This document shows, piece after piece, positions 37,688-47,628 of a DNA stretch of 50,473 nt. A model generated the notes under the pieces. It did no database searches, was not told the origin of the DNA, and saw only the letters and a program-made list of their open reading frames with translations. Origin of the DNA: Caulobacteraceae bacterium (GTDB lineage Bacteria > Pseudomonadota > Alphaproteobacteria > Caulobacterales > Caulobacteraceae); assembly GCA_050729395.1 (NCBI GenBank), contig JBOHLC010000198.1:1-50473 (forward strand). Direction: 5' to 3'. Made by a program: the position numbers and the translations under genes. Numbering within the stretch: the stretch's first letter is position 1; every line of letters begins with the position of its first letter.

Positions 37688-39059
37688 CCTCGACCCAGCT
37701 TTCGAGATCCGCCAGGGCGCGCTGGCCAATGGCGCGCCTCTTCGCGCGGGCGCGGTCGCCCCTCACGCGAACCTCGCCCGGCGCGCGCGGCGGCGGCTCG
37801 ATCGGCGGCAGCAGGCCGTAGTTGATGTTCATCGGCTGGAATGAGCCCGCGCCGGCGTGGAGATGGCCGCCGGTGATGTGGCCGACGAGGGCGCCCAGGG
37901 CCGTGGTCGGCGGCGGCGGGGCGATCTCCCGTCCGGCCAGTTCGGCCGCCGCGAGGCGTCCGGCGATAAGGCCTACGGCGGCGCTTTCGACATAGCCCTC
38001 GACGCCGGTGATCTGGCCGGCGAAGCGCAGGCGCGGCTCGGCCTTCAGGCGCAGGCGCGCGTCCAGCACCCTGGGGCTGTCGAGGAAGGTGTTGCGGTGC
38101 AGGCCGCCCAGCCGCGCGAAGACCGCACGCTCCAGGCCTGGAATCGTGCGGAAGATCTCGCTCTGCGCGCCGTGCCTGAGCTTGGTCTGGAAGCCGACCA
38201 TGTTCCACAAGGTGCCGAGCGCATTGTCCTGGCGCAGCTGGACCACGGCCCAGGGCTTCTCGCCCGGCCGGCGCGGATTGGTCAGGCCCACCGGCTTCAT
38301 CGGCCCGTGGCGCAAGGTCTCGCGTCCGCGCTCGGCCATCACCTCGATCGGCAGGCAGCCGTCGAAATAGGGCGTGCCCTCCCACTCCTTGAACTCGCTC
38401 TTGGGTCCGGCGAGGACCGCGTCGACGAAGGCCTCGTACTCATCGCGGTTCATCGGGCAATTGATGTAGGCCGCCGCCTCGCCGCCCGGTCCTTCCTTGT
38501 CGTAGCGCGACTGGCGCCAGGCGATGGACATATCGATCGTCTCGGCATGGACGATCGGGGCGATGGCGTCGAAGAAGGCCAGGGCCTCGGCCCCGGTCAG
38601 CTCGGCGATGGCGTCGGCCAGCGCCGGCGAGGTCAGGGGACCGGTGGCGACGATCACGCTTGGCCATTCCGCCGGCGGCAGGCCGGCGATCTCGCCGCGC
38701 TCGACGGCGATCAGCGGGTGGGCGCCGATGGCCCGCGTGACCGCGCGGGCGAAGCCTTCCCGGTCCACGGCCAGCGCTGCGCCAGCCGGCGTCTGGTTGG
38801 CGTCGGCGCAGGCCATGATGAGAGAGGAGAGGCGGCGCATCTCGGCGTGCAGCAGGCCGACGGCGTTGTGCTCGGCGTCGTCAGAGCGAAAGGAATTCGA
38901 GCACACCAGTTCGGCCAAATCGCCGGTCTGGTGCGCCGCGGTGGCGACGAGCGGGCGCATCTCGTGCAGCACGACGCGGGCCCCGGCGCCGGCCGCTTGC
39001 CAGGCGGCCTCGCAGCCCGCCAGCCCGGCGCCGATGATGTGCAGGGAACGCTCGCTCAT
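37596..39059 (-). CDS. trmFO: FAD/folate-dependent tRNA (uracil54-C5) methyltransferase
   Basis: [57 protein letters not shown] and FQPMNIN motifs. Confidence 0.96.
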   Translation of the reverse strand: MSERSLHIIGAGLAGCEAAWQAAGAGARVVLHEMRPLVATAAHQTGDLAELVCSNSFRSDDAEHNAVGLLHAEMRRLSSLIMACADANQTPAGAALAVDREGFARAVTRAIGAHPLIAVERGEIAGLPPAEWPSVIVATGPLTSPALADAIAELTGAEALAFFDAIAPIVHAETIDMSIAWRQSRYDKEGPGGEAAAYINCPMNRDEYEAFVDAVLAGPKSEFKEWEGTPYFDGCLPIEVMAERGRETLRHGPMKPVGLTNPRRPGEKPWAVVQLRQDNALGTLWNMVGFQTKLRHGAQSEIFRTIPGLERAVFARLGGLHRNTFLDSPRVLDARLRLKAEPRLRFAGQITGVEGYVESAAVGLIAGRLAAAELAGREIAPPPPTTALGALVGHITGGHLHAGAGSFQPMNINYGLLPPIEPPPRAPGEVRVRGDRARAKRRAIGQRALADLESWVEATRPPERETSLAAPSVSRPPGTPVPAPARH

Positions 39060-39158
39060 GGCCGGAAAGGCTTAAGCCCCCGCCGACGCGCGCGGAAGTG
39101 GCGCGAAGACGCGATTTGCCGCTATCCTGGGCTTTCCGGACCTGGGGAGGCGAATCGG

Positions 39159-40064
39159 GTGGGCAAGTTCAATGTCGAGGACGCCGCCTTCGCGGGCGTG
39201 GGCCTGCTGGCTCGCAGGCCGGGTTCGGCCATCGTCTGGGCTGTGCTGTGGGCGGTGCTGCTGGCGCTGGTGACGATTCCCTTCGCCGGCATTCTGACCC
39301 AGTTCGTCACCCTTGCCGTTCAGTCGGGCGGCCGTCCGGACCCGGCCGCGCTCCTCGCCATAATTCCCGGCTTGGGCGCTTTCTGGCTCCTCGCCACCCT
39401 CTGCAGCCTGGTGGTTGGAGCGGTGATCTCCTGCGCCGTCTATCGGGCGATCCTTGATCCAGACGATTCCGCCTTCGCCTACCTGCGTCTGGGCGACCAG
39501 GAAATCCAGGTGCTGCTGGTCAATTTCGTGAGGGCTCTGGTGATCTTCGGGGTCAACCTCGGTCTGTCCATTGTCGTCGCCATAGTCGCGCTCATGGCCA
39601 CGACGGCGGGCCCGGCGGCCGGCGCCATGGTCAATCTGCTCGGCAGGCTGATCATCATCGCCGTGATGATCTGGGTGCAGCTGCGCCTGATCCTGGCCGG
39701 ACCGATGACCTTTACCGAGCACAGGTTTCGGCTGTTCGAATCCTGGTCGCTGACCGGCGGTTCGGTCTGGCGCTTGTTCCTGGTCGGTCTGATCGTCGTT
39801 CTGATCGCCTTCGTCGTCTATCTGGCGCTCGGCACGCTCGGCGTGTTCGTGGGCATGAGCCTGCCCCATCCGGCCGATCTGCAGAGCGTGCTGCGGCAAT
39901 CGCCTTCGTTGTGGATGGGTCAGATGGCCTCGTTCATCGCCCTGATCGGCGTGCTCGTGCTTATCGGCGCGGCGATCCTGACCCCAATAGGCTTGGCGCC
40001 CTGGGCCCATGCCTACCGCGCAATGACCGGCGCGCCGGACGACACGGCGGCCACGTTCTCTTGA
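39159..40064 (+). CDS. Uncharacterised multi-pass membrane protein, paralog 1 of 4
   Basis: About six TM segments; AVYRAILDP...AYLRLGDQE and GPMTF..HRFRLFESWSLT motifs; GTG start with GGAGG RBS. Confidence 0.82.
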   Translation: MGKFNVEDAAFAGVGLLARRPGSAIVWAVLWAVLLALVTIPFAGILTQFVTLAVQSGGRPDPAALLAIIPGLGAFWLLATLCSLVVGAVISCAVYRAILDPDDSAFAYLRLGDQEIQVLLVNFVRALVIFGVNLGLSIVVAIVALMATTAGPAAGAMVNLLGRLIIIAVMIWVQLRLILAGPMTFTEHRFRLFESWSLTGGSVWRLFLVGLIVVLIAFVVYLALGTLGVFVGMSLPHPADLQSVLRQSPSLWMGQMASFIALIGVLVLIGAAILTPIGLAPWAHAYRAMTGAPDDTAATFS

Positions 40065-40086
40065 AGGGGTTTTGGGGGCAATCGGA

Positions 40087-41007
40087 ATGGCCAACATTTC
40101 CATCGGCGACGCCATTGGCGCGGGCTTCGGCCTGATCCGCGCACGCCCGGTTTCGGTGCTCGCCTGGGGACTGGCGCGCGTCGCCCTGAGCGTGGGCATG
40201 CTGTCATCCATGGCGCCGTTCTATGTGCAGGTCTTACGCGACGCGGCCACGAGGACCGCGGGCGGAGTGGCGACGCCGCCCGACTTCAGTTCGATGATGG
40301 CGATGCAGGGGCTGAGCTGGTTGTTTTCGCTGCTCGGCGTGATGGTGGGCGCGATCCTCTACTGCGCCGTCTGGCGCGGCGTGTTGCATCCTGAACAAAA
40401 GGCCTATGCTTATCTGAGGATTGGCGCGCCGGAGGTATTCGTCTTCCTGCTGAATTTCGGCCTGGGCATCGCCGTGTTCATCGGCGTTCTCATCCTGGCT
40501 ATACCGATCGCCATTGTCGCCGGCGTCGCCTTCGCCACCCACGCGGCGGCGGTCGGGGTTCTCGTGGCGATACTGGGCGGGCTGGCCGTGCTTTGTCTCA
40601 TGGTCTGGTTGTTCTGCCGCCTGGCCCTTGTCGGGCCTATGATGGTCGACGACGGCAAGTTCCACCTCACCGACGCCTGGGCCCTGACCAAGGGACATGC
40701 GGGGACGATTCTCGCCATCGCCCTGCTGTTGTTCGTCGTCCTGATGATTCTGGTGTCGGTCATCGGACTGATAGCGGTGGCCGTGGGCGTTGGATTCGTC
40801 GGCCAGGCGGCCGGAGGACTGACCAATATCCAGGCCTTCTTCCAACAGCCCGCCAATCAGATACTGGCCGCGCTCGGGCCTGCTCTCATCGTATATGGTC
40901 TTGCCGCGATCCCGGTCTCCGGCGGCCTGTTGGCGATCATGTTCGCGCCGTGGGCCAAGGTCTATCGCGACCTCGCCCCGCCGGACGTCGCCGCGACCTT
41001 CGCTTGA
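40087..41007 (+). CDS. Uncharacterised multi-pass membrane protein, paralog 2 of 4
   Basis: AVWRGVLHP...AYLRIGAPE and GPMMV..GKFHLTDAWALT motifs; ends AATFA, like paralog 1 (AATFS). Confidence 0.85.
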   Translation: MANISIGDAIGAGFGLIRARPVSVLAWGLARVALSVGMLSSMAPFYVQVLRDAATRTAGGVATPPDFSSMMAMQGLSWLFSLLGVMVGAILYCAVWRGVLHPEQKAYAYLRIGAPEVFVFLLNFGLGIAVFIGVLILAIPIAIVAGVAFATHAAAVGVLVAILGGLAVLCLMVWLFCRLALVGPMMVDDGKFHLTDAWALTKGHAGTILAIALLLFVVLMILVSVIGLIAVAVGVGFVGQAAGGLTNIQAFFQQPANQILAALGPALIVYGLAAIPVSGGLLAIMFAPWAKVYRDLAPPDVAATFA

Positions 41008-41738
41008 GGGCTTCGATCGAGCTCTTCGTTTCCGGGCTCGCGGCGGCGGCGCGTTTCCTGCCGCGAGCGTGGCGGTCGAGCTGGGCGGCCCTGGCGCTCA
41101 CCGCCCTTGTGGTCGGGCTCGCGCTCGATGCGGGCGGCGCGTGGTGGCTGGCGGTCGCCGTCTTGGCGCTCGTGACGCGAGGGGGTCTGTGGCGGCTGGC
41201 GCTGACGGGCGATAAGCCCGGCCCCGGCGGTCTCCAGGCCGGCCGCATCGAGCTGCGCTTGGCGGTCGCGTGGCTGCTGAGCGGTCTTTTCCTCGCGATC
41301 CTCGCCATGCTGCTTCTCGTCGTCTTCCTCGCCTGCGCCTACGCCGTCGCCTCGGCCGGTCCGGGCTTCAATGCCGCCGAGGTCGCCACCTGGCGGCCGG
41401 CGATCGTGGGGCGTGGAGAGGCGCTCCTGGGCGCCGTCGGCGTCGTTGGACTGGCCGCCCTGGCCTTCGCGGCGGCGCGCATATCCCTGGCCGAACCGGC
41501 GACAGTGGCGCGAGGCAGGCTCCAGGTGCTCTCGACATGGCCGCTGACGCGCGGCCGGGCGCTGGTTCTCCTCACCGGTCACGCAGTGCTGGCCGCCCTG
41601 GTCATCGCGCTGGCCGCCTTGCGCTGGCCGGGGCCGTGGTGGATCGCCTGCGAAAGCCTGGCCGTAGCCGGCCTGTGGCTTCCCACGAGCGTGGGATTCA
41701 TGGCTTATGCATACGAATCGCGCATCGAGGGCCGATGA
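41004..41738 (+). CDS. Uncharacterised multi-pass membrane protein, divergent paralog 3 of 4
   Basis: TTG start overlapping the upstream TGA; GLWRLAL...GLQAGRIE and RISLAEPATV..GRLQVLSTWPLTRG motifs. Confidence 0.72.
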   Translation: MRASIELFVSGLAAAARFLPRAWRSSWAALALTALVVGLALDAGGAWWLAVAVLALVTRGGLWRLALTGDKPGPGGLQAGRIELRLAVAWLLSGLFLAILAMLLLVVFLACAYAVASAGPGFNAAEVATWRPAIVGRGEALLGAVGVVGLAALAFAAARISLAEPATVARGRLQVLSTWPLTRGRALVLLTGHAVLAALVIALAALRWPGPWWIACESLAVAGLWLPTSVGFMAYAYESRIEGR

Positions 41739-42595
41739 GACCGCTCTCCCCCTATGAGGCCGCCGGCGAGGGCTTCCGGCTCATGCGGCGCGAGCCTAGG
41801 GCGGTGATCGCCTGGGCCGTCCTATGGTTCGCGACCTTCTCGGTGGCCGCCTGGACCGTGGCCGCCGGCAAGCCGGTGGCGCAAGTGGGCGGGGGCGATT
41901 CGGCCACGCTGGGAGGCATCGCCGCCCGTTTCGGCCCGTTCTGGGCCTTTCTGATCGCACTCTTTCTGCTGGTCTGGCTGATCACCGCCGTCGCCGCCTT
42001 CCGCGCGGTCCTGCGCCCGGCCGAACGGCGCTGGTTCTATCTGCGCCTTGGCGATGACGAGCTGCGCCTGGGCCTTTTGACGCTCGTCGCCTTCCTGGTG
42101 GCGATCCCCCTGGGTGGCGCGCCGGCCTACCTCGTCTTCGTCCTGGCCAGCCCCCTGATGCGCGCGCTGCCGGCGGCGACGCGGGACATCGCCGGCATCG
42201 GCGCCATCGCCACGGTGTGGCTCGATATCTGGCTGGGCGCGCGCCTCTCGCTCATCGCCGTGGAGACCTTTTCGGAACGCCGCTTTCACCTGACCGCCTA
42301 CTGGCCGGTGACGCGCGGCCGTTTCTGGTACCTTCTGGCCTGCTACTTCCTTTTCTTCCTCGTCCTGATGGGCCTGACGGTGATCTTCGCGCCGATCGTG
42401 GGCCTTCTCTCCAACGCGGCGGACATCGGGCCGGGCGGCGTCGTGGAACGCGGCCGCCTGCTGATCCAGGCGGGGGTGCTGGCGGCGCTGATCTCCCTCT
42501 TCTGGACGCTCAGTTCGACGCTGTTCTACGCCTGCCAGGCGCACGCCTTCCGCGCCATCGTCGGCGAGGGCCGGGATGGCGTCGCCCCGACGTGA
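41735..42595 (+). CDS. Uncharacterised multi-pass membrane protein, paralog 4 of 4
   Basis: ATGA overlap; AAFRAVLRP...FYLRLGDDE and RLSLIAVETF..RRFHLTAYWPVTRG motifs. Confidence 0.82.
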   Translation: MRPLSPYEAAGEGFRLMRREPRAVIAWAVLWFATFSVAAWTVAAGKPVAQVGGGDSATLGGIAARFGPFWAFLIALFLLVWLITAVAAFRAVLRPAERRWFYLRLGDDELRLGLLTLVAFLVAIPLGGAPAYLVFVLASPLMRALPAATRDIAGIGAIATVWLDIWLGARLSLIAVETFSERRFHLTAYWPVTRGRFWYLLACYFLFFLVLMGLTVIFAPIVGLLSNAADIGPGGVVERGRLLIQAGVLAALISLFWTLSSTLFYACQAHAFRAIVGEGRDGVAPT

Positions 42596-42660
42596 GACCG
42601 CAACGATTTTTCTCGTCGCCCAGCGCCCGCGCCGCCCTGGTCATTGCCGCGGAGTAGGGC

Positions 42661-43272
42661 TCAGGCGTCCGCGCTCGGCCGCGCGCCGACGCGCGTCCGC
42701 CAGGCCAGCAGGTTCGAATTTCTCGGCGCGACAGGCAGGCCGATCCAGTCGGCGAAGTCGATTGTCGTCAACGCGCATATGTCGGCGATGGTGAATATTG
42801 GGCCGGCGATGAACTTACGGTCCCGCAGTTCGCCATCCAGCCAGCGTTGCGCGCGGGCATAGGCTTCGCGGTTCGACTCGCCGAAGTCCTTGTACTGAGT
42901 AAGCAGGGACGCCGTGAACGGATGGGCGTGACGCCAGAAGTTGCCCACCGGCTGGGTGAGGACGAATTCGATGCGGCGCACCCACATCTCGACTTCCGCC
43001 TTCTCCACCGGCGTGCGGCCGAAGAGCGGCGGCTCGGGCTGGATCTCCTCGAAGTAACGGCAGATGGCCACGGTCTCCGAGATCGTGGTTCCGTCGTCCA
43101 GTTCGAGCGTCGGCACCTGGCCCAGCGAATTGCGCGCCCGATGCTCGTCCGACTTGTGCTCGCGCCGGCGCAGATCGAGCGGCGTCTCGGCCAGGTCGAT
43201 CCCCTTCTCGGCCAGGAAGATGCGTACACGGCGGGGATTGGGCGCCGGCATGGGCGCGCCGTAAAGCTTCAT
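42661..43272 (-). CDS. Glutathione S-transferase family protein
   Basis: APNPRRVRIFLAEKGI, GQVPTLEL, ISETVAICRY and FTIADI motifs. Confidence 0.94.
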   Translation of the reverse strand: MKLYGAPMPAPNPRRVRIFLAEKGIDLAETPLDLRRREHKSDEHRARNSLGQVPTLELDDGTTISETVAICRYFEEIQPEPPLFGRTPVEKAEVEMWVRRIEFVLTQPVGNFWRHAHPFTASLLTQYKDFGESNREAYARAQRWLDGELRDRKFIAGPIFTIADICALTTIDFADWIGLPVAPRNSNLLAWRTRVGARPSADA

Positions 43273-43292
43273 CTTAAGGTCCGCTCCAGAGT

Positions 43293-44756
43293 TCAGGTCG
43301 ACCAGCCGCCGCCCAGCGCCTTATAGAGCGAGATGAGGTCGGCCGCCGACTGGGCGTCGGACTGCACGAGCTGATCGCGGGCGTTCAGCTGCGCGTTCTC
43401 GGCGGTGTAGACGTTGAGGAAGGTGACGAGGCCGACCTTGTACTGGTCCCGCGCGATGGTCAGCGAATTGGTCGCCGCGGCCACCGCCTTGGCAAGCTGG
43501 GCGCGCCGCGCCTCCTCCGATCGGAACCGGGCCAAGGCGTCCTCGACATCGCGCAGGGCGCCGAGGACGGCGCTCCTGTAGGCGAGATCGGCCTGCGCCG
43601 CCTCCTCGCGGGCCACGCGGATCTGAGCCCTGGTCTTGCCGGCGTTGAAAATCGGCTCGGTGGCCATGCCAAGGGCGGCCGAGGAGAGGTTCTGGTAGGC
43701 GAACAGATTGCCCAGCGACATGCTGGCGAAGCTCGCCAGGCCGATGAGATCGAGCTTAGGATAGAGATTGGCCGTCTGCACCCCGATCTCGGCGTTGGCC
43801 GCGGCGAGCTTGCGCTCCGCCTCGCGGATGTCCGGCCGACGGCGCAAAAGGTCGGAGGGCAGGCCTACGGGCAGACTGGGCGGCGGACCTGGTACGACGC
43901 CCGAACGCTCCAGTTCCGGCTCGAGGGTCTCGGGCGGCTCGCCGAGGAGCACCGCCAGGGCGTGGATCTGCGTGCGCTCCTGACCCTCGAGCTGCCGCAG
44001 CTGGGCGGCGGCGGTGACGGTGACGCCTGTCTGCTGGTTGACGTCGAGATTGGTGACGAAGCCGGCCTTGCGCCGCGCGGCGACCAGGGCGCCGATATCC
44101 TTCTGGCGCGCCAGCTCCTGCTGGCCGACGGCGATGCGGGTCTGCACTTCGCGCAGGGTGAAGTAGTCGTTGGCGACCTCGGCGGTGAGCGTCACTTCGC
44201 CGTCGCGCCTGGCCCAGACAGCGGCCTCGCTGTTGGCCTTGGCCTCCTCGACGGAGCGGCGCACGCCTCCGAAAAGGTCGACCTCCCACGTGGCGTCGAA
44301 GCCGGCGGAATAGAGATTGAGATGGCCGGGAAGCTGAAAGCCGCCGGAAGGCGGCGCGCCAGCGGCTCCGCCGGAACCGCCGCTGGCGGGCGCGGACGAA
44401 GACGAGCGGTTGGAATTGAACGTCACCGCCGTACCGGTCGCGTTGACCGTCGGCCACTCGGCGGCGCCGGCGATTTTCTCCTGGAACCTGGCTTGGCGCA
44501 CCCGCGAGGCCGCGACCCCGAGATCGAGATTGCTCGCCAGGGCCCGCTGGATGAGCCTCTGCAGGACCGGATCGCGAAATTGCAGCCACCACCTGGATAG
44601 ATCGGCCTCGGTCGGCGGAAGGCTTGTACGCGCCGCGCCGCCGTTCTCGGTGAAGGCGGGCGGGGTCGGAACCTCGGGCCGCCGATAGTTCGGTCCGACC
44701 GTGCAGGCGGCGAGCGCCGCCGTGGCCATGAGGGCGATGGCGCGAGCGGGGGTCAA
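43293..44756 (-). CDS. Efflux outer membrane lipoprotein (NodT/OMF family)
   Basis: Lipobox LAAC-TVGPNY, WEVDLFG, LLRRRPDIREAE and LYKALGGGW motifs; TTG start overlapping the emrB stop. Confidence 0.93.
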   Translation of the reverse strand: MTPARAIALMATAALAACTVGPNYRRPEVPTPPAFTENGGAARTSLPPTEADLSRWWLQFRDPVLQRLIQRALASNLDLGVAASRVRQARFQEKIAGAAEWPTVNATGTAVTFNSNRSSSSAPASGGSGGAAGAPPSGGFQLPGHLNLYSAGFDATWEVDLFGGVRRSVEEAKANSEAAVWARRDGEVTLTAEVANDYFTLREVQTRIAVGQQELARQKDIGALVAARRKAGFVTNLDVNQQTGVTVTAAAQLRQLEGQERTQIHALAVLLGEPPETLEPELERSGVVPGPPPSLPVGLPSDLLRRRPDIREAERKLAAANAEIGVQTANLYPKLDLIGLASFASMSLGNLFAYQNLSSAALGMATEPIFNAGKTRAQIRVAREEAAQADLAYRSAVLGALRDVEDALARFRSEEARRAQLAKAVAAATNSLTIARDQYKVGLVTFLNVYTAENAQLNARDQLVQSDAQSAADLISLYKALGGGWST

Positions 44757-46375
44757 TGACCCGCTCCCGTCGGGGCCGAGCCCTGGCGACCGCGCATGAT
44801 CAGGACGAGCGGCACGCAGGCGAAGATGACCAGCATCAGGGTGTGGAACACGTCGATGTAGGCCAGCATCTGAGACTGCCGGCCTAGCTGGCGATAGAGA
44901 TTGGCCACCGCGATGTTCCGCGCGTTCATCGCCGACTGGCCCAAGGCCTGCAGCTTGGCCGCCGCCTCGTTGATCGCCTGGGTGTAGTTGGGATTGAGCG
45001 GATTGAGCGTTTCCGCCAGGCGGGCCTGATGCCATTGCGCTCGTTGCGCCAGCATCGTCTGCACCGTGGAGATGCCGATGGTTCCGCCGAGATTGCGGGC
45101 GACGTTCATCATCGCCGAGGCCTGGTTGCTCTCGTTGGGGGCCAGGCCGACATAGGCGACGTTGGTTATCGGCACGAACAGGAACGGCAGGCCGATCGAC
45201 TGGAACATGCGCGCATAGGCGGCGTCGGCGAACGACATGTTGGTGTTGAGATGGCTCATGTTCCACAGCGCCAGCGCCTGGACGATGAAAGCGCCGCCAA
45301 TGAGCCAGCGCGGATCGGCTCTCTGGGCGAGCAGGCCGCTCAAGGGCATGACCAGGATCGTGGCCAGGCCGCCGGCGGTGAGGGCGAAGCCGGCGTCGGT
45401 CGCCGTGTAGCCCAGCACGGTCTGCAGCAACTGGGGAATGAACAGGGTGGTGCCGAAGATGATCACGCCAACCAGCATCAGGAAGAGGCTGGCGATGGCG
45501 AAGTTGCGCCGGCCGAACATGGCGATGGGCACGATCGGCTCCTCGCGGGTCAGCTCCCAGGGAATGAAGCAGATCAAGGCCAGCGCGGCCATGACAGCCG
45601 TGGCGACGATGGTCGGCGATGAGAACCAGTCATCGGTCTGGCCGCGGTCGAGGGTGATTTCCAGGCAGCCGAAGAACAGGGCGACGAGAATGAAACCGGT
45701 GATGTCCACTTGTAGTCCGCGCCGCAGAAGCTTGGCCCGATCGGCCTTCAAGGCCTCCGGTTCGTCGACCAGCAGATGGACCAGGAACAGCGACAGCGCC
45801 CCCACCGGCACATTGATCAGGAAGCACCAGCGCCAGGAGGCGTTGTCGGTGATGATCCCGCCGAGCATCGGCCCGAGGATAGGCCCGACGATGACCACCA
45901 TGCCGTAGGCGGCGAAGGCCATGCCGCGCTTGCTGGGCGGGAAGGTGTCGACAAGCATCGACTGCTCGACCGCCGCCAGGCCGCCGCCTGCCGCCCCTTG
46001 CAGGATCCGCGCCAGGATCAGGGTCGTCAGGTTCGGCGCGATCCCACACAGGAAAGAGGCGATGGTGAACAGCGCGACCGAGATCATGTAGTAGCGCTTG
46101 CGCCCGATCACATTGGCCAGCCAGCCGGAGATCGGAATGACGATGGCGGTCGAAACCAGGAAGGTGGTGGTGACCCAGGTGGCTTCGTCGTAGGTGACCG
46201 CCATGCCGCCGGCGATGTGGTCGAGGGCGACGTTGACGATCGAGGAATCGAGGACCGTCATGAAGGTGGCGATGGAGATCACGGCCACGATCGTCCACGG
46301 ATTGCGCTGGCCGGCGACCGACCGCGCCGGTGTCCAGCCCGCGTCGCCCCCAACGCCCGGCGCGCCGCCGGCCAT
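44753..46375 (-). CDS. emrB: DHA2 family MFS efflux permease (EmrB/QacA)
   Basis: FMTVLDSSIVNVAL, RILQGAAGG, WRWCFLINVPVG and RNLGGTIG motifs. Confidence 0.92.
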   Translation of the reverse strand: MAGGAPGVGGDAGWTPARSVAGQRNPWTIVAVISIATFMTVLDSSIVNVALDHIAGGMAVTYDEATWVTTTFLVSTAIVIPISGWLANVIGRKRYYMISVALFTIASFLCGIAPNLTTLILARILQGAAGGGLAAVEQSMLVDTFPPSKRGMAFAAYGMVVIVGPILGPMLGGIITDNASWRWCFLINVPVGALSLFLVHLLVDEPEALKADRAKLLRRGLQVDITGFILVALFFGCLEITLDRGQTDDWFSSPTIVATAVMAALALICFIPWELTREEPIVPIAMFGRRNFAIASLFLMLVGVIIFGTTLFIPQLLQTVLGYTATDAGFALTAGGLATILVMPLSGLLAQRADPRWLIGGAFIVQALALWNMSHLNTNMSFADAAYARMFQSIGLPFLFVPITNVAYVGLAPNESNQASAMMNVARNLGGTIGISTVQTMLAQRAQWHQARLAETLNPLNPNYTQAINEAAAKLQALGQSAMNARNIAVANLYRQLGRQSQMLAYIDVFHTLMLVIFACVPLVLIMRGRQGSAPTGAGH

Positions 46376-46377
46376 AT

Positions 46378-47517
46378 TCAGCGCACCCTGACGGTCGGCG
46401 TGACCGACATACCGGGGCCCAGGATGCAGTCGCGCGGCGTTTCGTCGAACAGGATCTTCACCGGCACGCGCTGCACCACCTTGACGAAGTTGCCGGTGGC
46501 GTTCTCCGGCGGCAGGATGCCGAACGCCTGGCCAGCGCCCCGCTGGATGGAATCCACATGGCCGCGCAGATGGTCTTCCGGACAGGCGTCCACCTTGATG
46601 GCCACGCTCTGGCCAGGCCGCATCAGCTTGAGCTGGGTTTCCTTGAAATTGGCCGTGACCCAGACGGTGAGGGGAACGATGGCCAGCACCTGGGCGCCTG
46701 GCTGGACGTAGTCGCCGATCGCCACCGATTTGGCGGTGACATGGCCGGCCACGGGGGCGAAGAGGCGCGTATAGCCGAGATCCACGGCGGCCTGGTCGAG
46801 CTGGGCCTGGGCGGCGCCCACGCCCTGCCTGGCCGCGTCGAGTTGGGCCCGGGCGGCGGTGATCTGCGACTGTTTGCTGTCGGCGGCCTTGGCGGCGGCG
46901 TCACGCTGCGCCGCCGTCTGGCGCGCCTGGGCCGACGCCTGGTCGATCTGCTGCTGGGCGACGGCCAGGGGATTGAGGGCCTGCAGCTGACGGTAGCGGG
47001 CAAGGTCGGCGGCGGCGTTGGCGGCCGGGGCCTGGGCCGCGGCGAGCTCGGCCAGCGACTGGCGCCAGGCCGCTTCGTCGATGGCGATCTGGGCGGCGGC
47101 GTTATCCGCCTGGGCCTGTGACTGGGCCTTCTGGGCCTTGGCCTGGGCGACGCGCGCGGCGACGTCGGCCGAGTCGATGGTGAGGACGGGCTGGCCGGCC
47201 CGGACCAGTTCGTTGTCGCCCACGAGCACCTCGGTCACGCGCCCGGCGGCCTGGGGCGCCAGGCGAACCATGTGGGTGTCGATGAAGGCGTCGTCGGTGG
47301 ACTCGTAGTTGCGCGCGTTGAGCCACCACAGCAGCGCGCCGATCGTCACGAGGACAAGCGCGATGATCCCGCCGAACAGAAGCAACGGGTGCCCCATCAG
47401 GCCGCGCCTGCCGCTTCTGCCAGGCTTTCCGGCCTGGCCGCCATGATGCTGTCGATCCTGGTCGCTCGCCGCCTGGGCATTCGCGCCGGACGCGCCGCGT
47501 TCCGCTTCGTTGGCCAT
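46378..47517 (-). CDS. emrA: HlyD-family periplasmic adaptor (EmrA-like)
   Basis: ESTDDAFI, WVTANFKETQL and LPPENATGNFVKVVQRVPVKI motifs. Confidence 0.93.
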   Translation of the reverse strand: MANEAERGASGANAQAASDQDRQHHGGQAGKPGRSGRRGLMGHPLLLFGGIIALVLVTIGALLWWLNARNYESTDDAFIDTHMVRLAPQAAGRVTEVLVGDNELVRAGQPVLTIDSADVAARVAQAKAQKAQSQAQADNAAAQIAIDEAAWRQSLAELAAAQAPAANAAADLARYRQLQALNPLAVAQQQIDQASAQARQTAAQRDAAAKAADSKQSQITAARAQLDAARQGVGAAQAQLDQAAVDLGYTRLFAPVAGHVTAKSVAIGDYVQPGAQVLAIVPLTVWVTANFKETQLKLMRPGQSVAIKVDACPEDHLRGHVDSIQRGAGQAFGILPPENATGNFVKVVQRVPVKILFDETPRDCILGPGMSVTPTVRVR

Positions 47518-47564
47518 GCCGGTTCCCCCGCCGCTCACCGACAGGCTGACTACTCCCCGGAGCT

Positions 47565-47589
47565 AACACCAAAGCTAGCTCACGGTTCC
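47565..47589 (-). promoter_or_regulatory. Putative general-stress ECF sigma (EcfG/SigT-type) promoter upstream of emrA
   Basis: GGAAC-N16-TGTT on the minus strand, about 48 nt upstream of the emrA ATG; the family consensus is GGAAC-N16/17-CGTT. Confidence 0.45.
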
Positions 47590-47628
47590 CCGGGGGCGCG
47601 AGCGCCGAGGCGGCCCCGGCAATGAACT

